Shown here: one piece after another, positions 23,001 through 35,447 of the stretch
How positions within the stretch are numbered: the stretch's first letter is position 1
Layout: the number at the start of each line of letters is the position of its first letter
NCBI GenBank assembly: GCA_043228905.1
Contig: JBHGNT010000017.1
Location: forward strand, 10,664,001-10,728,000
Direction: 5' to 3'
DNA from: Azolla caroliniana
Taxonomy: Eukaryota > Plantae > Polypodiophyta
Length of the DNA: 64,000 nt
Position numbers and translations under genes: made by a program
The notes under the pieces: model-generated
Database searches by the model: none
What the model saw: only the letters and a program-made list of their open reading frames with translations
What the model was told of the DNA's origin: nothing

Positions 23001-24998
23001 GGTTTTAGAAACATGGAAGATGTAGATTCAGACACATCATTGGATGATGAGCTTGGTATACGAGCCCTGAAAATCCCTGGTATGGAAAAAGCAATGAAGG
23101 ATGTAGATCAGAAACTGAGAAGATCAGATAGAGAGAAAAAGACTGTTGAAAGATTTGGCTATGGCACATATATGGCTATGCATTATGCATACATGTCTAA
23201 AGTGGTACAAATCCCTGACCCAAACAGCTTTGATGAATCAAAAGTTGAGAAAAAATAGGTGAATGCAATGCAAGAAGAGATTGATGCATTGGCTGAAAAT
23301 AGAACATGGGATTTACTGAAGTTACCAAAAGGAAAAAATGTGGTAGGTTGCAAATCGGTCTACAAGACAAAGCATGATTCCAATGGAAATGTTAGTAGAC
23401 GTAAAGCAAGACTTGTTGCAAAGGGATATGCCCAAATGCAAGGAATTGATTATGATGAAACATTTGCACCGGTTGCAAAGATGGCAACCTTGAGAACACT
23501 ACTTGCTGTGGGTGTAGCCAGAAGATGGGTTCTGCACCATATGGATGTAAAAAAATGCTTTTTTACATGGTAACTTAGAAGAAGAAGTGTATATGTGTCA
23601 ACCACCAGGTTTTGAAGACAAGAAGCATCCTGAATATGTTTGTAAGCTGAAAAAGGCTCTCTATAGACTGAAACAAGCACCGAGAGCATTGCACAGGGAA
23701 CTTTCAGAATCTCTGAAAAAAAATTCTTTCAAAATGTCAAAGGCTGATCCATCATTATATGTAAAGAAGATAAATGATTTCATTGTTGTGATCCTAATAT
23801 ATGTTGATGATCTAATAATTGGAGGTGATTCTATGGAAGAGATAAGTAAGTTGAAGAAAAATCTAGAAATGCAATTTCAAATGAAGGATTTGGGAGAGTT
23901 GAGATACTTTCTCAGCATTGAGATGATAAGATCTGAGAGTGGTATATATATGTTGCGAAAATAGTATGCAATAACTATGTTGAAGAAGTATGGTATGCTT
24001 GGATGCAAACCTATTGGTATACCACTAGATAAGAACTGCAAATTGAGGGCTGATTTGGGAGCCAAAATAGAAGATGTAAACATGTACAGGTCTATGGTGG
24101 GCAACCTCATTTATTTGACCATAACAAGACCTAATTTGAATTATGTTGTTGGATTATTCAGCCAGTTTATGCAACAACCAACAAAGCCGCATTTGGACTG
24201 CACAAGAAGAATTCTGAGGTATGTAAAAGCTACTCAGAACTATGGACTATTTTACAGGGCTGATCTGGACATAAAGCTGGAAGGATATACAGATGTTGAT
24301 TGGGCTGGAAGACAAACTGACAGAAGATCCACAACTGGATATATGTTTACATTGGGAAGTGCAGCTATTTCATGGAGTAGCAAGAAACAAGCTACTGTTG
24401 CATTGTCAAGTACTGAAGTTGAGTATAGAGGAGCTGCAATAGCTACTTGTGAAGAGGTATGGATCAGAAGATTGCTTTCTGATTTGGGAGAATATATAGA
24501 TGGCGTTGTCACAATTTGGTGTGACAATATGAGCAACATTCAGTTGGCAAAAAACCCAATGTTCCATGCAAGAACAAAGCACATTGAAGTGCATTATCAC
24601 TTTGTTAGAGAAAAAGTGATTGATGGAGAAGTGGATCTGTTGTATGTAAGTACAAATCAGCAAGTTGCTGATATTCTTACAAAGGGATTGAGCATAGAAA
24701 AACATACACAATTTAGAGACATGATGGGAGTTATAACCATCGGCATGGTAGCTGAAAAGCATGAAGAAAAGAAGATTGAAGATGACCTCAAGAAAGGATA
24801 AGTTGAGCTTGAGGGGGAGTGTTGAGAAGCAAGCTCAACAAAGCTATGTGAAGCTTATTCAGAAATAAGCTATAGTAGCTATTAGCTAATTAGCTACTAG
24901 TGGACATAAAGGTGAAACAACTATTTAGCTATGCACAGCTATTTAGCTACAGACAGCTAAGTAGCTACTGGCAGCTAATTAGCTGCATATATAAGTCA
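20054..24998 (+). mobile_element. Ty1/Copia element B; 5' LTR retains only TATA-R-U5 (20054-20341), 3' LTR only U3-TATA (24820-24998)
   Basis: PBS TGGTATCAGAGC at 20342-20353 (tRNA-iMet), gag-pol, PPT GAGGGGGAG at 24811-24819. Confidence 0.93.
20480..24801 (+). pseudogene. Copia B gag-pol, multiple stops and frameshifts
   Basis: WYVDSGAS, WHKRIGH, LRSDGGGEY, YVDDL, SWSSKKQ, RTKHIEVHYHFVRE. Confidence 0.95.
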
Positions 24999-26113
24999 AC
25001 TGCTTTCCTTCCGAGGTGGCGTTGCCCAACGTTACAACTAACGTCTCCCAACTATCCGGGAGGGAACCAAGCAGGAGCAATGCGAGTACCTCATCCGCGA
25101 GAGGTACTTCGAACGAGGTGGCTTGGTGTATTAGCCCCTAGAAGCCATTCATGTGCTCCGCCATACTGGAGTCGTCTTCGTACCGGAGCCTCACTAACTT
25201 CTGGAATACCGAAACCCGATTAATGACATTTTTGTTCTGGAACATGTTACCGATCTTCTCCTAGAATTCATGAGCCTTAACTTCTTCATTGAAGTTGTTG
25301 TATAGGATTATGTTGGTGAAGCATCGGATATACACCATCGTCTTTATGTGCATCACCTACCATGTCGTGGCATCGATCTTATCTGGTTTCTTGTCTCCGA
25401 ACAATACCAACAAACAAGGATATTTAACCACGAACATGTCCCTCATCTTCGACTTCCACACTAACTAGTTGGAGCCGGTGAGCTTCGACATGCCGCCGAA
25501 CGACTCTTCCGTTTCCGGGGTTGTTCGCTTTGGTACCAGTTTGAAGGAAATAGCGTGGAATATTGCTCTGCCACAACCGAGCTTTGAATCACTTCGATGA
25601 GAATCAAACTTAGAAATGGGAAGACTGAGATGACACAATATGTTTACATGGAAAACCCTAACCAGGGGAAAACCATAGAAGCTCACAAACTCTAAACTAT
25701 CACTATATGAGAAAGATACAATCAGTGACTCGAAGGCAACGACCTCAAGCTCTGCATCATCAGCAAGTGGCGGTTACAATAGAGTATCACTCTGTGTCAC
25801 ACACACACACATTCTCTCTGTCTCTCTGTCACTCTCTATACAATATGGTATAAAAACAATTAATGAAAACCAGGCACTAAATGATTGCCCTAAGTCATAT
25901 TTATACTTATATGACTTTTAGGCTATTTACAAATATAGCCTTAATGGGCTTACTCTAACATATTTACAAATATGTCCCATCTTCCGGTTCTCACCGGGTC
26001 CATCCGATTCGGTTTTCGGATCTTATCTGGAACTCTTCTGAATCCGGGTTCTTCATCCTACTCGTCTGATCCGGCTCCTCCAGATCCCATCCGGAGGGAC
26101 TGAATTTCCAACA
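24999..26113 (-). mobile_element. Copia A-family 5' fragment: 5' LTR (25542-26113), iMet-type PBS (25527-25538), gag N-terminus
   Basis: Reverse complement of ~25000-25190 aligns with bases ~25-210; PBS TGGTACCAAAGC; LTR shares motifs with 12121-12754. Confidence 0.88.
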
Positions 26114-27418
26114 CAATCAGTATATCTTTGCTTGGTTCTCCTTCATTTGGTAAGGGAGCAAGAATGTTGAGGTCCAATTCTTGTCTGTTCTTTACCATCC
26201 CCTCCATAAAATGTAGCTACTTCTTAAGGCAAATAACTACCTGTTCTTGACGAGAGTATTGTTCCTAGAACGCAACCGATCAATTACTGATTTATCACTC
26301 CTTAATGAGAAAGATTGAACAACAAGATACAAGAATCATTAACTTACTTGGAGCTTCTCCAAATTGTAATCAACGACAATATTTACACCTACAAGGTCTA
26401 GGTTCATTGAAAGAACATGGATCTCTTTCTGCAGTTGTATTTTCCGTTGGGGATCCAACGGCCCCTCAATTTCGAACTCATGTTGAGAAACCTATTCCAG
26501 ATAATGCCTCACTAAGCACATTTTCATGTACAAGTGATTTATAACATGTTACATGCTAGCAAAATAATAGCTACCTAAATCTTATTTCTGATTGTTGTCA
26601 CTACCAAAGTGACTTTGATCTCCATTGCAATAGCCAATGTTGCTCTCTCTAAATCAGAATTTGTTGCCTCTAATGTCTCACAGGCTTCATGGACATTTTT
26701 CAGCATATAGCTAATCAATGTCTCACCTGTATCCTTGACATTGGCTTTCATTGTGTTTTGGTTTATACTTCCAGGTTTGTTGGGAGTCAGCACCTGGAGG
26801 AACAAGCCACCTAAAATAAAATATCAATGCATGTTACCTCTGCTCTACTAGGACATGTGTATTTAATACCATGATTGGTAGGGAAGAATCAAAAATAAAA
26901 AATCATCCACATTCACCCAAATCCTAAATCAAATTTGGGGGAAGTTTGCAGACACACACCTATTGAAATCAGAAATCAGAAATCAGAAATGTGAAATCAG
27001 AAACCCTAATCAGAAATTGACTACTTAAAGAAAATAGAAACCCTAATCAGAAACCTTAATAAAAAACCCTATTAAAAAACCCTAATCAGAAATCAACCGT
27101 TTAAGGAAATCTAGAACCCTAATCTGAAATATGTATGATAAAAACCCTAATCAAATGTTTTGTCAATAAAAAACACACCTGCTGCTACATCCCAATCTTT
27201 GAGACATCCTTGTTTGGGACTCCAACAACTTCGCCCTAATCGTTTTTTAGTGTGTAACAAAGTTACAGTTATCAGAAAGGAAAAAAGAAAGGATTTTTTA
27301 ATGTGTAACTAATACATACCTGGACGAGGATCGAACTAGTGGTGTGTTGTAATGTTGATATCAGAGTTTTTGTGCTATTGCGGGAGCTTCGTCTGCATTC
27401 ATGTTCAGAGTACTCCAT
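26114..27418 (-). pseudogene. Five-exon spliced gene relic of unknown product, 3'-truncated by a Copia LTR
   Basis: Exons 27418-27320, 27235-27179, 26793-26575, 26491-26348, 26264-26114; GT-AG introns of 84, 385, 83 and 83 nt, all phase 0; one continuous frame from an ATG with only three TAG stops. Confidence 0.7.
26961..27155. repeat. Degenerate GAAATCA / AAACCCTAAT (telo-box-like) repeats in intron 2 of the gene relic
   Basis: Several AAACCCTA copies and tandem GAAATCA. Confidence 0.7.
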
Positions 27419-29847
27419 CTGTTTGGATTTTGAACTCAAACTTGGGATTCACAGGAGTTTGGTGACATTCAAGTTGAGTTTAGATGACGACACTGTTCCC
27501 CAAGTTCCAGTACGTTAGAAACGATTGTTCAAATTTTCGAGTATTCTCATAAATTAAATGACATGTATTTAAATGACATATATTTAACTAATAAAGCATA
27601 AAATTTCGTAAATGATCCTTATGATTTTCCCACAAAAAACTAACTAAACAAATAGCTAAATAGCTATGGCCATTTTACCAGCTAATTAGCTATAATAGTG
27701 TTTCCACTTGCATGCTTTTACCCAAAAGGTCTTCACCAGAAGCACCATGGCCCAGGTGCTGCAACTCCTATAGGAGTTGAGCAATGTTCGACAGAAGGAC
27801 ATGTTGGTAACCGACTATATGAACAGGATCAAAGACATCTGCCATTCACTTGCCTCTATCAACGCGATTGTCGAGGAAGATGAGATGGTGCAGGTTTGTC
27901 TCGGGGGCCTGGCATCAAAGTTTGGAGCATTCTAGATGGCAGTCTATATAGGGGAGAATACGCCTTCATTTTTTGACTTACAAATCGTAGGATGTTGTAC
28001 ACGGAGGCGGACCAACCCCGTGGTCGTGGTAGACGAGGCGGATCGGCACGTGATGCAAGCGGCCGACAAGAGTAGAACCGAAGGCATGGAGATAGTGCCG
28101 ACAATAGTTCGAGACCCTCCACAAGTAGGGGGAGTCAAGGCCGCACCGGAAACCAGCAATCAAAAGCTGACATGGAATGCTAGTACTCTGACCGAAAGGG
28201 CCACAGGGAGAGCGAATGCTAGAAGAGACACGCCGATTCAGACAAATCCAGATCTGACAAGGCCGAACGGGGAAGCCGACAAAGCTGGCACTACATTGAG
28301 GAATCAGAAAAATCCAATTCTAGAAATGGAAGAGGCCCGACCTTTGTGATGAAACATAAGCCCAATTCAATGAAGACAAGTACGTCAAAACCAAAGGAGG
28401 TATGGTATGTTGATTCTGGAGCATCAAATCATATGACAAGCCACGCAGAATGGTTTTCATTCCTGGAAAAATCGGAGCAACCCAGAGCTATCAAAACAAG
28501 AGATGACACTCCTCATACCATCGAGCACATCGGTGAGGTTCCTCTCAGCCATGTCGGGCAAAAGGGAAAGTTGATAAACGTCCTACATGTCTCGACAATC
28601 ACAAAGAATCTTGTGTTGGTCGGACAGATTGTCGACCAAGGAATGCAGGTCCGGTTCACAAGTCTCGGGTGCTTCATCGAAGAGTAGGGCAAAGTCATCA
28701 CGCAAGGGCGTCGAGAAGGGAGGATGTTTATCCTCTACACCAACGATATCGATATTGCTATGTTCGCAAAAGGACAGAAGGTCAAATCAGAAGCTTCAAG
28801 ACCTGCAATCAAAACAAGTTGTTTTTGGATTGCCAAAATCTAGTGGCCGGAAGGCCCAAATTTGTGAAGCTTGCCAGCTCGGGAAGCAACACCATCTTCT
28901 GTTCCCCATTGAAAGAAACTGGAGCCGTAACAAGCTCGATGTAATACATTTGGATGTATGGGAATCGACACAGAACGTTAGTCTTGCCAGGGGCCAATAC
29001 TTCATCTCCTTTCATTGATGACTACAACCGACACATTTGGATCTGCCTAATCGAAAGGAAAAGCGAAGTTTTTGACTGTTTCCAGAACTTGCAAAGTCTT
29101 GTAGAACAGGAAACGTAGAGGAAGATCAAGTGCCTATGGTCGGATGGCGGAAAATAATATTTTTCCGGCCAATTCAATAGTTATTTGCAACAAATGGGAA
29201 TTTGGAGGAAATCAGTTGCAGATGCACACCGAAACAAAATGGTGTGGCCGAAAGGAAGAACCGATCGATTGTGGAGGCAGCACGGGAAATGCTGGAAGAG
29301 AAGAGCATGGCCAAGTTCTACTGGGTCAAAGCGGTTCGGAGAGCCGTCTACATCCAAAACTGAATCAAGAATAAGGTGTCACCACACGAGCTGTATTTCG
29401 AGCGGAAGCCGAATTTAAGGAACCTTAAGATATTCGGTAGCATTGCATATGTGCATGTGTCGGATGTGAAACGGAGAGAACTCGACCCGAAGTCGAAGAA
29501 GTGCATCCTTGTCTGCCACTCTCATGAGCAAAAGGGTTATAAGTGCTATAACGCCCGAACAAAACAAGTTCGAGTGAGCCGAGATGTCGAATTTGATGAG
29601 TCGGCATCATGGTACTTTCTACCAACTCCGATGTTTGACTCTGACCCAATTTTGGAAGATGAGGCCAGTGTGATCTGGGCAAAAGATGAAGAAGGATTTG
29701 GTACTCTAGATGAGAGTGTGATCTCATTCCAGCTAAGTGGGCCACATGAACGACTGAGTTATAATGATCAGTCAGATGAAGGGTTGAGGAGTAGTGGAGA
29801 CTCGGTCGTGCTCTCCCCGCGCAAGGAAGCGAGGAGACGGTTCATGT

Positions 29848-31001
29848 TGTCGTGAAGATCTGTCACTACATGCGGATCGTGAGGTGGAACCGCCGGGGGT
29901 CTGGATCGGAAGGATTCGAAGTTTGTACAAGTTTTAGCGACAAAGTATTTAAGGTAGATTGAAAGAGAGAGAGAGAGCTTGAAATAAGATAGAATGCTTG
30001 ACTTTAGATTGAGAGACAAGATTAATACATCACAAAAATGGAATAACGAATTTTCTTCCTCTTAATTTCTTGATTAATACATAGCTCCCCTTTTGTCTTT
30101 TTCAACCCCTCTTTTATAGATGCCCCCATGCATATGATGCATGTGAGGCTACAAGACACGCATACAATGCATGGAATGCATGTGATGCATGTTTGCCATT
30201 TGACGCTCATGCATTACATGTGATGCATGATAACCATGTCACTCAATCAAGCTCTAATATGAGAATTTACATGTAAAAGTATAATGATAGAAAAAACATT
30301 TCTAAGCAAATGACTTAGCTTAGTGGTAAGTCTAATGCCTCCTATCTTGGAGGTGCAAGGTTTAAGCCTTGCTTGCATCCTTTTGATTTCACGCCAAAAT
30401 TGTCGCGATTAACCTATCCTTTTGATTTCGAATAGGTTTTTTAGTCTAGATGATTTTGTTCGTTTCACACCAAAATCGTTGCGATTAACCTATCCGATCA
30501 ATCCGTCTATCTGGTCCGCTTTCGACCCGATGATCTGGTCCGGTTCCGGTACTGGTTCGATCGCCGTCCCCTTCCGGTTGCGGCTCTGGTTCCGGTTTCG
30601 TCGCTGGTTTCGTCGTCGACTAATTACCCAAAACCATTACAAGCAAATAAGGCACAGTTTAGCCCAAGAACATTCTGTGCTCCACTCATAGACAGAAATT
30701 TCTAAGTTCTGGCTCTACTTATATACTGTGGGATAATGATTTTTCCTATCTATGTGGGATATCTCACAATTTTGTTTTTCTCTTCTTCTTCTCAAACCTC
30801 ACAGTCACATAACTTGACACTAAATTGTACATTTCACATGTAGTAAAATGCATTCAAAAGCTCTTGAAGACATCCATCTTTTCGTACCAAGATATAAAAT
30901 AATATCTACATTATTATTGTTTCATATTGTGTGTGAAGAACCACACTCGATTTTGTACGTTCCATGCAATTTTTACACTGTTGCCGAAAATCTTCACAAC
31001 A
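29848..31001 (-). repeat. G2 3' LTR
   Basis: TGTCGTG...CACAACA; direct repeat of 40615-41683. Confidence 0.92.
30316..30368 (+). promoter_or_regulatory. tRNA-like A-box/B-box module in G2 3' LTR, antisense
   Basis: A box TAGCTTAGTGG, B-like GGTTTAAGCC, 43 nt apart; followed by TTTT. Confidence 0.62.
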
Positions 31002-31099
31002 TCCACCCCCACCAAACTGCACGTCCTCTGGTACGTGCCAAGAAGAGAGAGTGTGAGATTTGAGCAACAGTGATTAATCGGATTCCTCCATGTCCTCAT

Positions 31100-34000
31100 T
31101 CACATAATTCAAGTATGTAGGTTCAATCCTACTATCTTCATTGTCGAGGTAATCGAGGTCAGGATCCTCGTCTTGTCTTTTTTTGAAAATCTTTACTCTT
31201 TTCCCCACAATGGGTATGGCCAACCTTTATCCGTCTAGCTCCGCAAGGTGGTATGTGGCATTGTCATTGGCACTTGTCACCACATATGGCCCGAACCATC
31301 TTATTGCAAATTTTCTTGTTTTCCTGTGTTGATTGTCAAGGCTGCTATCGTAGACCAATACCCAATCTCCTTCTTCGATCTTCTTGGGACGCAGTCAATG
31401 TGTCCTATCGAATCGAATATTGTTCTTCATTCGGGCTGCCTCGATCATCTTTCGCGCTTTTTCTAAATCTTTTGGCCTTCTTTCAAGCTGCCTTATCCAT
31501 GCCGCTAATAATTCTTCTCGACTCATCTCGTTCTCCCATGCTATCGCTACCCATGATGCGATCGTCCTTTCGATAGGCATTACCAGCTTTCGTCCATACA
31601 TAAGCTCTGCCGGCATATACCCTCTCACTAAACTGTGCGTAGTTCTGTCGGCCCAAAAGGCATAGGGCAATAGTTGTGGCCAGTTCTCGACTCAACCGTT
31701 GCATGTTGGATTGTAGGCAGTCATGAGGGAGAGCTTCACGCCTAGTCGATCGAAGAGCTCCGTTGCTTCATGTGCATCAACTCCCCTCGATTAGCCACTA
31801 TCTTTCCCACACATCCGTGTCGGCAGACAACCTCTTCGAGTAGAAATTTGCAAACAACTGACGTCGTCTTATTTGCCAAGGCCCTTCCTTCCACTTGATT
31901 CATTAGGTCTTCTCTTGCCAATACTAAGTACTTCATTTGTCCCACTCCTATTGGCATCGAGACCAGATCCACCATCCATTTGAAGTGTATGGTGAACGGG
32001 TATGTCGGTTGTAACTCATCACAATGAAGTATGTTCGAATGTACTTGGCAAGTTTCGCATGTGGACACGAAATGGAGTACATCTTTGTACATGCTTGGCC
32101 ACTACTAGTACTTCTCCTTCAGCTTCTCGAATGTCGCCCATGTTCCTCTATGACCTGCCCAAGGACTCTCATGGAATTTGGTCATCATCGTCATTTGCTC
32201 TACTGTCTTTACCACTAGTCGACGTGGCATTCCTATCCTTCTTTTTGGGTGTCGCCAAAGGAATCCTCCCCTCAAGAAGTATTGGTAGGCTTTCTGCCGA
32301 ATTCGTAGAGCCTCCTCCTTCGTCAATGACGCATCCATTGTCATAGTTCTTAAGAATCTGCCGATCAGTAACCACTCTCCTTCGTACTCGTCCTCTTTGA
32401 TGGCGTGGAGGGTTAGCGTGTCCTTGTCTTTTGCCGATACTCGGGCCATCTTGAAGAAGTTATGGGTGAGGTCTTCATCTGCCGAGACCATGTCAGTTTC
32501 ATTCACAAATCTTGCCCGCGACAGCATGTCAGCCATGGCGTTCTTCTTCCCTGCAATATGGTGGATCTCTGGGTTTAAAGACTTGATATAGGCGATCCAC
32601 CTTAGCATAGCTAGATTTGGTGTCGCACATCCTGAGATCATCCTGAGGATTGGGAGACAATCTGTCTCAATTATTACTTCTAACCAAATCATGTAGTCTT
32701 TCTCCGTCTTCACTACCGACACAATACCCCAAAGTTCCCGCTTGACTTGGGAGTATCTTTGTTGTCGTTCGTTGAGAACCTTTGCTCCGACCGGATAACA
32801 TACCACACATTATCTTCTCCTTCTTGGTTGATGACCCACCCGATTCTGGTTGGGTTCATATCTATAGTCACATAAATCGGCTTCCCTTCGGTATGGTCGG
32901 CCTTTCTTAGTGTTGGAGCTTCAAGAAGTAGTTTCTTCAATCTTCGCATCGTGTTTGTGTGCTTGTCTCACCATTTGAACTTCATTCTTTTCTTTAGCAA
33001 TCCGTATAAAGGCTCGGCGACATGGGCATAGTGCGGAATCCAGATATGATAAAACGCGCATGCTCCAAGGAACCTTCGAACCTCCGTTTGGTTTACGCAT
33101 TCCTCTTTCATATCTTGGATCGCGTTCACCTTGGATGGCGAAGGCTTCCGGTCGTATGCTCCTCCCAAGTGACCTACCACCAAGATCTCTGCTTGCCCGA
33201 ATGGGGATTTTTCTTCGGAAAATGTCAAATTCGCATCTTCGAGCCTTTGGAGCACCTTCTCACAATCTTTCATATGATCCGTGACAAACTTTCTACACCC
33301 TTCCTTATCTTTCGATTCATCTTTCTCCTCATCCGAACATCCTTTTATCAGAATATCATCCAAGAACGGCATCATGATGTCCGGGATGCAATCCTTCAAG
33401 ACCTTGTTCATGGCATTCACCATATGAGCCACCGAGTTCGTTGCACCTTGAGGTAAGGTACACATCCGCACGAGCCTGATCAGAACTAGAATTGCTCGTA
33501 TCCAGAGTAGAGATCGCCAATGGAGTAGATGGACTGCCGCGCAAATGCTTCGGCAAATTCGTCCACGCTCGGACCGATTCCAGCGTTTTGAATTGTCACC
33601 TTGTTGACGGGTTGAAGATCTTGGATGAATCGTAATGATCCATTCTTCTTCGACACCATGAACCACCTATTAGAATAAGGAGCATTCGATGGTTCCAGAA
33701 TTCCCATATTCACCTTCTCCTTTAAGAGCTTGATCAGCTTCGATAGGTGTGCTCTCAGAACCAGTATCAGTTTCAAATTCCAAGGTACGTGCGGCACCGT
33801 GAAGATCACCATCGACTCTATCGTCCTTGGATCAGCACATTCGATTTCTTGTGGGAAAAATGTGAAAGCTTTCCCATGTCTCTCAAGCATGTCGCGAAAC
33901 ATTTGCTCTTCTTCAGGGAGGAGGAAATCCTCCTCTCCAACTCGTAGCTTTCCCTTCGTCTCTTCGGTGAAGACCTGACCTATTGCCTTCGGATCCCTTA

Positions 34001-35447
34001 AGCTTGGATCATTAACGACTTCCTTCATCTTTTGCTAGCTATCTTCCGGTAGCGGAACTGCAACTAGCGTGATCTTCTTATCCACCGTTTTATATTTTGT
34101 GTTGACTTCAGCTTCCTCCATCAAGATGCCACAATAGTATTCATCGATGATAGCGTACATGCTGATGGAGTTAACCGAAATCACGTGTTGATCGTGAAGA
34201 TAGCTAAAGTCCACGACTTCCTCGATTTCGCCGATGGTGTCGTTAAATGCGGCTTCTTCCATAAAATGAGTCACGAACTCTTCTTCTTCTATTATGTTTT
34301 CTTCTTTCAGCATCTTCTCGAAGTCTTGTATCCGACACTTGTCCTTCTTGTCGGGTAGTGCTAGTTTACATGCGCCACTAGGTGTGACACATGTTGCTTG
34401 TCCTCGCAATCTATGCACTCTATTCTCTTGTGGGGACTTGTGATTGCTCGGACTATTTGTGCCCCATGCTTCAATAGTTCGCTCTAAAATTCCAAAGCAT
34501 CTTCTTCGAGACAATCCTGATTCCTTTCATGGTTGGCACATACAGTCAAGAATTGTACGACCTTCTTCTCATCAAGACTCCTTACTCGCGCAAATGCCCC
34601 ACCATTGTCGAACACTTTGGTTTCCATCCATGATGATGTTATGTACGGTTGCCCAAGAATGATGGCTTGGGACGCCGAGTCTTGAACAAAAACATGTTGA
34701 TATATCTCGACATCACCAATCGTGATGGGGATGTTAGGACATGCCCCACACAAGTCTTCAGTAGCTTCTGCAACAGCACAAATCTTCCACCCATGATTCG
34801 TATTTATGGGCCATCTTCCCTTCCTGTAGACCTCAGTCGACATAAGGTGGACTTCGTCTCTTTCTTCTCCCCGATCTTCACCAGCATCTCCGTTGTCGCT
34901 CGTGCCCAATGAGGTCGAGTATAGTGGCTGTCCACCATATCTTCCTCGACTTCGTCTCTTGCCATCGTTATGACATTCATTTTTTCTTTTATTGGCTTCT
35001 CTTCTTCTTCGTCTGACTGTCGCCTTTTTCTCTTTACGAGGTCCACAATCGTATCATGGAACTCCTTCTTCGTAATGCCGAGCAATTCCCTCAAGGACAA
35101 AGTCACGTGGCTATCAAGAACGCGTTCCTCAAGAATCTTCTTCAACTCTGACGTTTGTTCTATGTACAACTTTAGTTTATAGGCAGGCATAGTTCTTGTC
35201 TTCCGAGCGGGGTCTTCGACACCAACCTTCACGGGCCGTACCGTTTCTTCCACTCCCCTTTCCGGCTTGGGTCTCCTTCCTCTATTTGTAAAGCTCGACT
35301 CATTTCTACATCTTCTTTCTTCTTCATGCTCCTTGTTTCATGTCTTTTTGATGGGCCTTGCTCTTCTATTCCTTTTCTCTTTTCTTCGACGAACACCTCG
35401 TGGTTGTCGTACATCACTTCCGCGAGTATGGTGTTGTTATCCACCGG
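31100..35447 (-). pseudogene. G2 gag C-terminus, protease, RT, RNase H, integrase (fragmented)
   Basis: ORFs 31395-35465 homologous to G1 proteins. Confidence 0.9.
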
